Source: Fibrobacterota bacterium
GTDB lineage: Bacteria > Fibrobacterota > Fibrobacteria > UBA11236
Reading direction: 5' to 3'
Length of the DNA stretch: 29,860 nucleotides
Assembly: GCA_043753995.1 (NCBI GenBank)
Contig: JAYUVP010000348.1
Span: 1 to 29,860 of the forward strand
The notes under the pieces were generated by a model, which worked only from the letters and a program-made list of their open reading frames with translations, was not told where the DNA came from and did no database searches. The translations under genes were made by a program, and so were the position numbers. How positions within the stretch are numbered: position 1 is the first letter of the stretch; each line of letters starts with the position of its first letter. Shown here piece by piece: positions 8,694 to 17,344 of the stretch.

Positions 8694-9889
8694 AAAAAAG
8701 CGTGCCGAAAGGCCCGCGCATCCTCTCGGCTTCGCGTCGATTGAATCATTTCACCGAATCGGTGATACGCGAGCAAACCCGCCTCGCCTTGCAGCATGGC
8801 GCCGTGAATTTGGCGCAAGGTTTTCCCGACTATCCTTGCGATCCCTTACTGAAAAAACTGGCCTCCGAAGCGCTGGACGCCGATCACAATCAATATTCGG
8901 TCACCTGGGGATTGCCCTCCTTGCGCGAGGCCATCGCCGTGAAGGCCGCCGCTTACAACGGTATCGCTGCCGATCCCGATCGCAATATCACCGTGACATG
9001 CGGGGCCACCGAGGCTATGATAGCGGCCTTTCTCGCCTTGGTAGAGCCAGGACGCGAAGTGATTTTATTCCAGCCTTTCTACGAGAATTATCATCCCGAC
9101 GCCTATCTCTCCGGAGCAAAGCCGCGCTATGTCACCTTGCGCGAGCCCGATTGGACCTTTGATCCCGATGAATTAAAAGCGGCCTTCAATTCCAAGACGG
9201 CGGCCATCATTATCACTACTCCGCATAATCCCACCGGCAAGGTTTTCAACCGCGAGGAATTGCGCCTCATTGCCGCTCAATGCAAAAAGTGGGGCGTGAT
9301 GGTTTTTTCGGATGAGATCTACGAGCATATCCTTTACGATGGCGCCAAGCATGTGAGCCCCGCCGCCATTCCCGGCTTGGAAGATCGCACCGTGACTCTC
9401 AATAGCGCTTCCAAAACTTTCGGGGTCACGGGTTGGCGTGTGGGTTGGGCCATAGCGCCCGAGGGCATGACCAAGTCATTACGACAAGTGCATGATTTTC
9501 TCACGGTTTGTGCAGCTACACCCTTACAGCATGCCGTACGCGGGGCCTTGCAATTGCCACCCAGCTATTATGCCCGCTTGCAAAAAGGTTATGCCCGCCG
9601 GCGCGGTCTTATCCTCAAGGCTTTATCGGCAGCGGGTCTCAAGCCCCATGTGCCCCAAGGCGCTTACTATGTCATGGCCGATGTCGCCGATTTTCTCCGC
9701 GATGGTCGCTTTCGCGATGACGCCGATATGGCGCGCCGCCTTATCACCGAGGCGGGAGTGGCTTGCGTGCCCGGTTATTCCTTTTACAAGGACACCAAGG
9801 CACACCACGGCAAGTTGCGCTTTTGCTTTTGCAAGCGCGATGAAACCTTGAAGGACGCTGCCCAGCGACTCAAGGCCTATTTACGCTGA
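8672..9889 (+). CDS. PLP-dependent class I/II aminotransferase (YbdL/MtnE/glutamine transaminase-like)
   Basis: Motifs VNLAQGFPD, TCGATEA, PHNPTGKVF, SDEIYE, SASKTFGVTGWRVG (PLP lysine) and LRFCFCK. Confidence 0.92.
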   Translation: MEKKSSLKKSVPKGPRILSASRRLNHFTESVIREQTRLALQHGAVNLAQGFPDYPCDPLLKKLASEALDADHNQYSVTWGLPSLREAIAVKAAAYNGIAADPDRNITVTCGATEAMIAAFLALVEPGREVILFQPFYENYHPDAYLSGAKPRYVTLREPDWTFDPDELKAAFNSKTAAIIITTPHNPTGKVFNREELRLIAAQCKKWGVMVFSDEIYEHILYDGAKHVSPAAIPGLEDRTVTLNSASKTFGVTGWRVGWAIAPEGMTKSLRQVHDFLTVCAATPLQHAVRGALQLPPSYYARLQKGYARRRGLILKALSAAGLKPHVPQGAYYVMADVADFLRDGRFRDDADMARRLITEAGVACVPGYSFYKDTKAHHGKLRFCFCKRDETLKDAAQRLKAYLR

Positions 9890-9939
9890 GTGCGCTGTGC
9901 ATGCTGAGGAAATAAGCCACCGGAATTTACTTTGCGGCT

Positions 9940-10554
9940 ATGTCTATACGCATCAATCGAGTTTATACCCGCTCCGGCGATAAGGGCGAAACTGCTCTCA
10001 TCGGTGGCCAAAGAGTTTCCAAGGATCATCCCCGCATCGAGGCCTATGGCACTCTGGACGAGCTCAATGCCCTCATTGGCATGGCGCGCACCCAGCTCGC
10101 ATTGGAAACCACCTGGCCAGTCGAAGAACGCGAGAAGCTGGAAGTCGAGTTCAAGCGCATCCAGAATCGCTTATTCGACGCGGGCAGTTTGCTTGCCGCG
10201 CCTGAGCCCGAGGCGTGGGCGGGCCGTCCCCGATTCGAACAGGCAGACGATAGCCTGCTCGAAGCCTCCATGGATCGCATGCAAGAAAACCTTGAAGAAT
10301 TGAAATCCTTCGTTTTACCCGGAGGCACTTCCCTGAATGCTTGGCTGCATTTGGCACGCACGGTTTGCCGCCGCGCCGAGCGCCAAGTGACCCGCCTCAT
10401 GCGCGAGGCTGAAGTGGATATGGGCGTGAGGCGCTATATCAATCGGCTATCCGACTGGCTATTCGTGGCTTCACGCCATGCCGCCCGGCTTTCCGGTTCC
10501 GCAGAATTTTTATGGGAATTTCCGCTCCAAGGGGCGGCAAAAACGGGTCAGTAA
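9940..10554 (+). CDS. pduO: ATP:cob(I)alamin adenosyltransferase, PduO type
   Basis: Motifs VYTRSGDKGET, EAYGTLDELN, FVLPGG, HLARTVCRRAER and YINRLSDWLF. Confidence 0.93.
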   Translation: MSIRINRVYTRSGDKGETALIGGQRVSKDHPRIEAYGTLDELNALIGMARTQLALETTWPVEEREKLEVEFKRIQNRLFDAGSLLAAPEPEAWAGRPRFEQADDSLLEASMDRMQENLEELKSFVLPGGTSLNAWLHLARTVCRRAERQVTRLMREAEVDMGVRRYINRLSDWLFVASRHAARLSGSAEFLWEFPLQGAAKTGQ

Positions 10555-10597
10555 GGAAGGCAATGCGAAGGTTGTGAACCCTCCGGCCTTCTCCGAG

Positions 10598-10993
10598 CTA
10601 GGTCAAAGCCAAGTGGCGCAAGCGTAGGGCCTTGGCCACGCTGTCGGCAAGTTGGCGGGGCGAAAAAGGCTTGGTCAGAAAAGCAGCCGAATGGCGACGC
10701 ATTTCTTCCGCCACCATTTCACTTTCGCTTAGCCCCGACACATAAAGCACCGGCAATCCTGGATGAATGAGGCGCATATGCCTCGCCAATTCACAGCCGG
10801 TGAAGGCGGGATGTAAAAGCACGTCAGTTAAAAGAAGATCAGGAGCTTGTTCGCTGAAACGGCATACCGACAGCGCGTCGGCTGCATCCGTGGCGGTAGA
10901 GACGCGGTGACCCGCAAGCTTCAAGACGGTTGCCATGAGGCCCAGAACACTCTCTTCATCATCGACGATCAGAATCCAAGCTTTGCCGTCCAT
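10598..10993 (-). CDS. Single-domain response regulator (receiver only)
   Basis: ILIVDDE, LLLTD (phospho-acceptor Asp), YVSG and FLTKPF; strong AAGGAGG SD. Confidence 0.92.
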   Translation of the reverse strand: MDGKAWILIVDDEESVLGLMATVLKLAGHRVSTATDAADALSVCRFSEQAPDLLLTDVLLHPAFTGCELARHMRLIHPGLPVLYVSGLSESEMVAEEMRRHSAAFLTKPFSPRQLADSVAKALRLRHLALT

Positions 10994-11196
10994 GGACCCT
11001 CCTTTGGCGAATACGAGTCTCTACCTTCGGAAAAGTAATACCAACCGTTACCGAGGAGTTACGAGTCTTGACCTTGGATACACCGCATAAAGCCAGATTT
11101 AACGGTCACTTGCAAAAATTCGGGAGGAAAAGTGCCGTCAAACCTAGACGTGATCCGAGTTGCGATAAATCATCTAAGTGTATGATTTTTATAGAA

Positions 11197-11640
11197 TTAA
11201 GTGTGCCCATTTTTGGCCAATAACCGGTCTTTCAGCTCCTCATTCATGCGGTCCATGGCATGACGCATGCGGTGCGCCGCATTTTTACGACCAAACCTCA
11301 AGCTAAGGCCGGTGGCATAGGCCTCATTGTAAAAGGTCACCTTACCATCGTCGCGGACCTTAATTCGGAAAATGTGCTCCTCCTGGTACCACCAGGTCGG
11401 GCCCTTACGCAGAGTGAAGCTGAAATATTTCGGGGGTATAAATCCAGTCACTTCGGCGCTACCCTGTAGCAAATCGGCGCCGGGGTAGGCTACCGTCACT
11501 TGCAAGGTACCCATGGGCTCCAGATTCCCCGAGGCGGATTTCACCAGGGGATTCCATTCGGGATAAGCTGGCAAATCGGTGAGTATGGCCCATATGGCTT
11601 CGGCCGTGGCTTCCAGGAGAATGTCGCAATTGATTTTCAT
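11197..11640 (-). CDS. SRPBCC/START-fold (polyketide cyclase-like) protein
   Basis: N-terminal IWAILTDLPAYPEWNP and C-terminal helix MNEELKDRL. Confidence 0.85.
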   Translation of the reverse strand: MKINCDILLEATAEAIWAILTDLPAYPEWNPLVKSASGNLEPMGTLQVTVAYPGADLLQGSAEVTGFIPPKYFSFTLRKGPTWWYQEEHIFRIKVRDDGKVTFYNEAYATGLSLRFGRKNAAHRMRHAMDRMNEELKDRLLAKNGHT

Positions 11641-11655
11641 GGTTTCCCGAAGCCC

Positions 11656-12447
11656 TTAGCCGCAAGAGGATTTAAAGGTGGAAGAAGGCCGCCTGTCTTT
11701 GAGGGCGGGAAAGGCGCGTCGCCAGCTTTTCAGCATATCGGCTTCAGCCAGAACCGAAAAAATGCCTTCTTCCTCACCGGCCTGCACCATCACGTCTCCG
11801 CGTGGCGAAATCACTTGAGAGCCGCCCACGAATTTGACCTGGCCGATATTCCCCAGGCAATTCACACCTGCCACAAAGGCTTGATTTTCAATGGCCCTGG
11901 CGCGCAAAAGGACGTCCCAATGGTGTTGGCGATTCACTGGCCAATTGGCCTGCACCGTGATGAGCTCGGTTCCCAAATCGACGCCGGCGCGAAACAATTC
12001 GGGAAAGCGCAGGTCGTAGCAAAGGCTGGTCTGCATCTTGAGATCGGGTAAATCAAAAACATTGACTTCATTGCCCGCTGCGAAAGTGAGATGCTCGCCC
12101 GCCAGCGAGAAGGGATGCATTTTGCGGTAAGCGCTGCGAGGCTTGCCCTCTGGGTCATAAAGCAAGCTCAGATTGTGCAAGGCATCGGCCAGGCCGTCAG
12201 CCGTGCTTCCCAAAACCCAGAGACCGGTGTCTTTCGCTAGGGTCGAAAGAAAGGCACGGTCGGTGTCGCCGATTCCGCGCATGAGTTGTGCTTGATCCTT
12301 AGGCAGAACGCCGGTACTGAAAATTTCAGGCAGAAGTAACATGCCTGGTTTGGCTAGGCTTTGGGCCAGGGCCAATTCGCGAACGCGCTCTCGATTCGCG
12401 GCGGCCGACCCAGGCAGAATTCGGTGCTGGCAAAGATGAAGGTGCAT
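11656..12447 (-). CDS. Carbon-nitrogen hydrolase (omega-amidase YafV/MtnU-like)
   Basis: E-K-C triad in LPEIFSTG, YRKMHPF and CYDLRFPE; also RARAIENQ. Confidence 0.9.
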   Translation of the reverse strand: MHLHLCQHRILPGSAAANRERVRELALAQSLAKPGMLLLPEIFSTGVLPKDQAQLMRGIGDTDRAFLSTLAKDTGLWVLGSTADGLADALHNLSLLYDPEGKPRSAYRKMHPFSLAGEHLTFAAGNEVNVFDLPDLKMQTSLCYDLRFPELFRAGVDLGTELITVQANWPVNRQHHWDVLLRARAIENQAFVAGVNCLGNIGQVKFVGGSQVISPRGDVMVQAGEEEGIFSVLAEADMLKSWRRAFPALKDRRPSSTFKSSCG

Positions 12448-12494
12448 GGATGAAGGGTATTAAAATATGTTAGAAGCTCTCTCAAAAATCGGCT

Positions 12495-13334
12495 CTAATA
12501 CAGAATGCGCACGCCCAAGCTTAGCAGGGAGTTTTCGTTTTCATAGGGATTTTGATCGAAAAAGGTGTATTCCAAAAAGAAAACGCCGATGCTTTTTTTG
12601 CTGAGCAGAATCCAATTCAACTGAGCGAGACCTTGATATTGCCAACTGCCTTGCGATGTCGCCCAAAGGCTTTGCCTTAGGTCCGCGTAAAACGCCGATT
12701 GATGCCAGAGGGCCCAATTATACCGAATCAAGGTTTGGGCTCGTGCACGGTAATCGTGGTTCTGGGCAATCAAGGGAAATGCGTCACCAAACAAGAAAGC
12801 GTCGGCGGTGACGCTATAGTCGAGGGAATTGCGAAGTTGGAAATCCCTCTCGACGACGCGGCGAATCATATTGTGATCGTAGGCGCCCAAGGTCCCGAAT
12901 TTGGCTTGCAGGGTATTCCAAAAAATGCTGCCCTCTTGCCTTGCCCGGTCGATTTGATGAATGCATTCATGGGACACGAGAAGATGGACTTCATGCCGAT
13001 CGAGCAAAGCGCGAAATCCCGGCTCGATTTTATAGCGGATTTTGTCGAGCTGAATGGCCGAGCTATCGTGCCGGGAAATCAAGGTGGAATTTGCGGCGTT
13101 CAAAAAGACATGCCCCGCTTCAGTGCGGTAAATCAGATTGTCTATGGAAAAGGCGAAGCGATAGCCCGGAGGCAAGGTGCTGTGGCGATTGTTTTGGGTG
13201 AGATAGTATTGAAAGTAGGTGCCGCCACTGCTTTCGAATTCCATTTCACCTGCATGCGAAAGGGAAATGAAGCCGAGACCTAGGCCAGGAACGAGAATGA
13301 GAACGAGACGACACAATAAGATCTTAAGGCGCAT
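12495..13334 (-). CDS. Hypothetical outer-membrane beta-barrel-like protein
   Basis: ATG 13334 gives a signal peptide ending SHA-GE and overlaps the upstream stop codon. Aromatic-rich strands, a conserved-looking HECIHQID segment and C-terminal LSLGVRILY. Confidence 0.7.
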   Translation of the reverse strand: MRLKILLCRLVLILVPGLGLGFISLSHAGEMEFESSGGTYFQYYLTQNNRHSTLPPGYRFAFSIDNLIYRTEAGHVFLNAANSTLISRHDSSAIQLDKIRYKIEPGFRALLDRHEVHLLVSHECIHQIDRARQEGSIFWNTLQAKFGTLGAYDHNMIRRVVERDFQLRNSLDYSVTADAFLFGDAFPLIAQNHDYRARAQTLIRYNWALWHQSAFYADLRQSLWATSQGSWQYQGLAQLNWILLSKKSIGVFFLEYTFFDQNPYENENSLLSLGVRILY

Positions 13335-14058
13335 GATAGACCACCCGGAAGCCCAATCCTTTATAGCCCTGAGTCTCAAAGCCAAAACTCTTATTGGCAA
13401 CGCGGAGATTCCAAACATGATCGGACCAAGAGCCCCCCTTTGACATCCGGCGCAGGCAAGTTCTCGACTTATTCTCTTCTTCATAACAATCCAGCACCCA
13501 TTCCCAAACATGGCCGCCCATGTCGAAAAGCCCCAAAGCATTGGGTGAATGAGCAGCCACGGGTTCGAGATATTTCGGTTTGGGTGAAGTGGCAAATCGT
13601 TCTTTTGGGTTTTGGCCCCAGGGATAAATCCACGATTGGCCTGAGCCTGCGGCATATTCCCATTCGGCTTCCGTGGGCAAGGTGAAGCCCGCTCCCAACC
13701 ATTGGCAAAAAGCCTGTGCTTGCTGCCAACTGACTCCGGTGATGGGCAGCGACATCTCCGCCTGCGAAGTTAAATGCGGGGGCACATCTTCGAAATATCC
13801 AATGGACCACCAACTCGGTGCCTTGCAAACCCCGTCCGCCATGCATCTCAAATACCATGCGAGAGTGACTTCATGACGGCCCATGTGAAAACTGTCTACC
13901 GTAACGGTTTTCATAGGTCTTTCATCGCGGTTCCCGATTTCGCTTCCCATGCGAAAAGATCCCCTGGGAATCAAAACCATTTCCGCGTGATAGTCGCCTG
14001 GGGATGCAGCGGCGCAATAAAACGACATCGCGAGCAGCCAAAGTAAAGGAATACGCAT
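13324..14058 (-). CDS. Secreted formylglycine-generating-enzyme-like (FGE-sulfatase/SUMF1 domain) protein
   Basis: Signal peptide plus GSFRMGS, HEVT, LPTEAEWEYAA, YPWG, NALGLFDMGGHVWEW, KGGSW and GFRVV. Confidence 0.9.
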   Translation of the reverse strand: MRIPLLWLLAMSFYCAAASPGDYHAEMVLIPRGSFRMGSEIGNRDERPMKTVTVDSFHMGRHEVTLAWYLRCMADGVCKAPSWWSIGYFEDVPPHLTSQAEMSLPITGVSWQQAQAFCQWLGAGFTLPTEAEWEYAAGSGQSWIYPWGQNPKERFATSPKPKYLEPVAAHSPNALGLFDMGGHVWEWVLDCYEEENKSRTCLRRMSKGGSWSDHVWNLRVANKSFGFETQGYKGLGFRVVYHAP

Positions 14059-14165
14059 TTTTCATCCGAGTAAAATAGAGACTGGCCAATTTAGTCGCAT
14101 GCATGGCCTAGATGCACGGCCTTGATATTCTGGTGCGATGGATAGGGAATTATCTTCGGAAGGCC

Positions 14166-14945
14166 ATGTCGCGAAATTTTTTTGGCGGAATCCGCCTCTC
14201 GACCTTAGCGGTCTGCATTTCAGTCCTTGGTATCCCCACGAGTCTAAAGGCCTTTCCTTCCGGTTCCCCCATCCCCGGCGCTTCACCCACCAGTTCCTGG
14301 ATGCAAATTCGCGTCGGCCCCGACAGCAATGCCGTGGGACTCACCTTGCCTCGCAATCCCAAGCGCAAACCTTTGCCCGTCTTGCTGTGGTTGCATGGCG
14401 GCATGCGCAGCGCCAACCGGGAAAAGGGCTTTACTGCCCATCGCCCCGCCCTCGATTTGCTCTCGCCCGACAGCGCCTATTTTCTCAGCCCCTCGGCTTA
14501 TGCTGGTGCGGATTGGCTCAGTGAGGCAGGCATGCGTCATATCGATGATGCGCTCGCCTGGCTTTTCGCCCACCATCCCGCGCGAGCGGATGCGATCCTT
14601 GCCCTTGGCGTTTCCGATGGGACTCTGGGTATCATTCGCTATACGCTACACGGGCGTTACCCCCTGGCGCGCCGCATTTTGGTTTCGACTTACCCGGATC
14701 TCGCCTTGCCCGCCGATCAAGTTCCCATGGCCGCCAAACTCCGCAGCGGAAGCTGGGATTTCTTCGTCGGGGGCAAGGATCGCCTCTTTCCCGCCCAGCC
14801 CGTGCTAACCACCCTGGAAGGCTGGAAACACTCCCTACCGCAATTGCGTCTTCATTTCGAGCCGGAAGGCGAGCACGATGTCAGTTGGTGGATTCAACAT
14901 CAAAAACCCGTTTTATTGGCTGTTCTCCGCAGGAAAACGCCCTGA
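14166..14945 (+). CDS. Secreted alpha/beta hydrolase (esterase/peptidase-like)
   Basis: LLWLHGG, nucleophile elbow GVSDG, GGKD and GEH (Ser-Asp-His triad). Signal peptide from ATG 14166; the ORF track starts at 14112. Confidence 0.75.
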   Translation: MSRNFFGGIRLSTLAVCISVLGIPTSLKAFPSGSPIPGASPTSSWMQIRVGPDSNAVGLTLPRNPKRKPLPVLLWLHGGMRSANREKGFTAHRPALDLLSPDSAYFLSPSAYAGADWLSEAGMRHIDDALAWLFAHHPARADAILALGVSDGTLGIIRYTLHGRYPLARRILVSTYPDLALPADQVPMAAKLRSGSWDFFVGGKDRLFPAQPVLTTLEGWKHSLPQLRLHFEPEGEHDVSWWIQHQKPVLLAVLRRKTP

Positions 14946-15071
14946 GGCCCCGTGATTTCGCCTGGATTTTGCGGTTTTTTCGACGTCCCTGCCCATTTCA
15001 AACGAAAATCGCCTACAAAGTCCCTGTAAAAAAGCCTAGCCAGCTTAGGGGCCAGAAGGCATAATTAGAAC

Positions 15072-15455
15072 ATGTCCTCGCGCCTTTTCTGCCATTCCAT
15101 GTCCGCTTTCACCTCCTTGGCCTCCTTGGCCCTGGTGGGTTTGTTGAATTTGGTGATGCCGGATTCGGTGAAAGCCGAAGGGCTGCCCACGAAGAGCCCG
15201 GCCTCCGAGATCAGCCCAACGGCCAATTTAGGCTTGGGCGAAGCCAGTGTTGCTAATCAGGTTTTACGTGTGGTTTTGCATTCGCCCGCCCAGCTTTCGC
15301 TTTTCAATGCCCGGGGGCAATTGCTTTATCGCGCCGAAGGTCGTAAGGGCCTCGAAATCGTGCCGCTTAAAAGTGTTGAGTTCGGTTTTCTCTATTTGAC
15401 CTTGCGCCAGGGCCAAGTCGAGCAGTCGTTTCGTTTATTGTATAACGGCAAGTAA
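15072..15455 (+). CDS. Small secreted protein consisting essentially of a T9SS/Fibrobacter-type C-terminal sorting-like domain
   Basis: Signal peptide ending VKA-E, then LSLFNARGQLLY...GFLYLTLRQGQVEQSFRLLY, which resembles the CTD consensus. Confidence 0.55.
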   Translation: MSSRLFCHSMSAFTSLASLALVGLLNLVMPDSVKAEGLPTKSPASEISPTANLGLGEASVANQVLRVVLHSPAQLSLFNARGQLLYRAEGRKGLEIVPLKSVEFGFLYLTLRQGQVEQSFRLLYNGK

Positions 15456-15516
15456 TTACTAACGGCAACCGCCGTATCCCTTTTATCGTCTTATGCATTA
15501 AGGCTAGCAATTCAGC

Positions 15517-15792
15517 TCAAGCTGGCTTTCCCTCTTCCGGCTTTCCTCCCCCCTTCCCACCTTTCTTAAACAAATCGGCCATGGATCCCAAATCGATTTG
15601 GGTGGATTCAGCGGTGGCGGCCTGGCGGTTTTCTTCAAGGATGCGCAACCAAACTTCTTCGCGATGAATGGGAACCGTGCGGGGAGCGTCAATGCCGAGC
15701 TTCACGGTGCGGCCATCGACTTCCATCACGGTCACGCAAATTTGCCCGTCGATGCGTATCGATTCGCCGATCTTGCGGGTGAGGACCAGCAT
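15517..15792 (-). CDS. csrA: Carbon storage regulator CsrA (FliW-responsive long form)
   Basis: MLVLTRKIGESIRI...VKLGIDAP..VPIHREEV with Asn55 and a C-terminal extension. Confidence 0.97.
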   Translation of the reverse strand: MLVLTRKIGESIRIDGQICVTVMEVDGRTVKLGIDAPRTVPIHREEVWLRILEENRQAATAESTQIDLGSMADLFKKGGKGGGKPEEGKPA

Positions 15793-16217
15793 TATTGCAC
15801 CAGCCTTTCCCGCAGCCCATAGGCGTCGTTTTCAATGATGATTTGCCTTCCGACGCGCTCGCGAATATTGATGAATAGCGGGCCCATCAAATTGGCTGTG
15901 CTCTCGGGCAGGGGTTGCTTCAAGGTCACGATGACATAGAGCAGCAATTCCTTGGGTTCACGAATATTAAGCGTATCGAGATCGGCTTTTTTGATTTTGG
16001 GCTGATAATCGGGACGAAAGGTGAGGGGATTCACCAGGGCAAAGCGTAGACGCGGACCTTCGACCGCTTCCATCCAATGAAAAGGATCGTGTTCGGGCAA
16101 GGAAAGAATCAAATAGCGGTGAATGCCTTCAAAACCAGGCAAGCCATGAGGAAAGGTGATGACCTGCTCCTCAGTGAAGGGCGGCAAGCCAGGGCGTATG
16201 GTAAGGGTGGTGTCCAT
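15792..16217 (-). CDS. fliW: Flagellar assembly factor FliW
   Basis: ITFPHGLPGFE, PFHWM, VNPLTFRPDY, TANLMGPLFIN and GRQII; stop/start overlap with csrA. Confidence 0.95.
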   Translation of the reverse strand: MDTTLTIRPGLPPFTEEQVITFPHGLPGFEGIHRYLILSLPEHDPFHWMEAVEGPRLRFALVNPLTFRPDYQPKIKKADLDTLNIREPKELLLYVIVTLKQPLPESTANLMGPLFINIRERVGRQIIIENDAYGLRERLVQ

Positions 16218-16285
16218 GCGAAAACGTTTCGCTCTGATTATGCTCAGCTTATGACCCGCGAATCAACTGCGGCGTTGAAAACATG

Positions 16286-17155
16286 TCATTGATTGAGTAA
16301 GGCCAAAATGCTTTGCGGCGCCTGATTGGCCTGGGAGAGCATGGCAGTGGCGCTTTGCACCAGAATTTGGTTGCGCGTGAGCTCCGTCATTTCTTTGGCG
16401 AAATCAGCATCGCGTATAGTCGATTCGGCCGAAGTCATATTGACTTCCTGCACGGTGAGGGCCTGCAAGGCGCTTTCCAGGCGATTGACCACCGCACCCA
16501 TTTCCGAGCGCACGGCATTCACCGAATGAATGGCGAGGTCGAGCAGGCTGAGGGCGGCCATGGCGGCGGTACCCGTAGTGACAGCGACGGATCCAAGAGA
16601 CAAGCCCAAGGCACCCAGAGTGGCGGGAGAAATATGCACTTGCAGGGAGTCAATGGAATTGCCGAGGCCCGTGGTGTAATTGGCGCCGATATGCAAGACC
16701 GAACTGGTGCCTCCGGTGGCACCAAAACTATTGGCGGCCCCGTCGAGCAAGGTAATGCCATTGTATTGGCTACCCATGGCGATGCGATTCATTTCCGCCA
16801 TTAAAGACTGAAACTCGCGATCGATATAAGACCTTTCGATCGTGCCATAGGTGTCATTGGCGCCTTGCACGGCCAATTCGCGAAGGCGCTGGAGGATTTG
16901 CGTCATCTCATTGAGCGATCCTTCGGCGATTTGCAACATGGCGATGCCGTCGCTGGCATTGCGCTGGGCCACCGCCGTACCGCGCACCTGGCTGCGCAGC
17001 TTTTCCGAGACGGCTATGCCCGCGACATCATCCGATCCGTGATTGATACGCAAACCCGTGGAGAGTCGCTCCAGGGAATTGGACAAATTCGCATTATTCT
17101 TCGCCAGTTGATGCACGGCGACAAAGGCGGAAATATTGTGGTTGATTCGGGTCAT
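16286..17155 (-). CDS. fliC: Flagellin (short, 289 aa, Hag/FlaB-like)
   Basis: RINHNISA, LERLSTGLRIN, QRLRELAVQ, AESTIRDADFA and ANQAPQSILALL; ATG 17155 with GGGGGA SD. Confidence 0.95.
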   Translation of the reverse strand: MTRINHNISAFVAVHQLAKNNANLSNSLERLSTGLRINHGSDDVAGIAVSEKLRSQVRGTAVAQRNASDGIAMLQIAEGSLNEMTQILQRLRELAVQGANDTYGTIERSYIDREFQSLMAEMNRIAMGSQYNGITLLDGAANSFGATGGTSSVLHIGANYTTGLGNSIDSLQVHISPATLGALGLSLGSVAVTTGTAAMAALSLLDLAIHSVNAVRSEMGAVVNRLESALQALTVQEVNMTSAESTIRDADFAKEMTELTRNQILVQSATAMLSQANQAPQSILALLNQ

Positions 17156-17344
17156 GGGTTTTCCCCCGGGGAGGCAAGCGGGGAAACGCAAACTCGATGC
17201 CAGCGCACATTGCGCTCCAGGCGGTGGGCCTGGGGACCGTCTTTGTGGGTCTAGAAAATATCTGCCTTGGCGGAGAGCCCATCCTTAGCGGCAGGGTTTG
17301 CCGGGCGAGGAAGAATTTGCCCCTTTCCGACTTCGCCAGCGATT

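Noticed and set aside
8676..8699. A8 and A7 runs as frameshift or slippage sites fusing Nudix and aminotransferase
   Set aside because: Both proteins are complete separately, and the runs are explained by Lys codons in a short overlap.
11012..11068. Repeated TACGAGTCT upstream of the response regulator
   Set aside because: Only two 9-mers 48 nt apart, with no further support.
13335..13655. N-terminal extension of the 386-aa ORF
   Set aside because: It overlaps the FGE-domain CDS; the signal peptide begins at ATG 13334.
13324..14058. DGR target (FGE/CLec fold)
   Set aside because: No template repeat or reverse transcriptase in the window; a remote DGR cannot be excluded.
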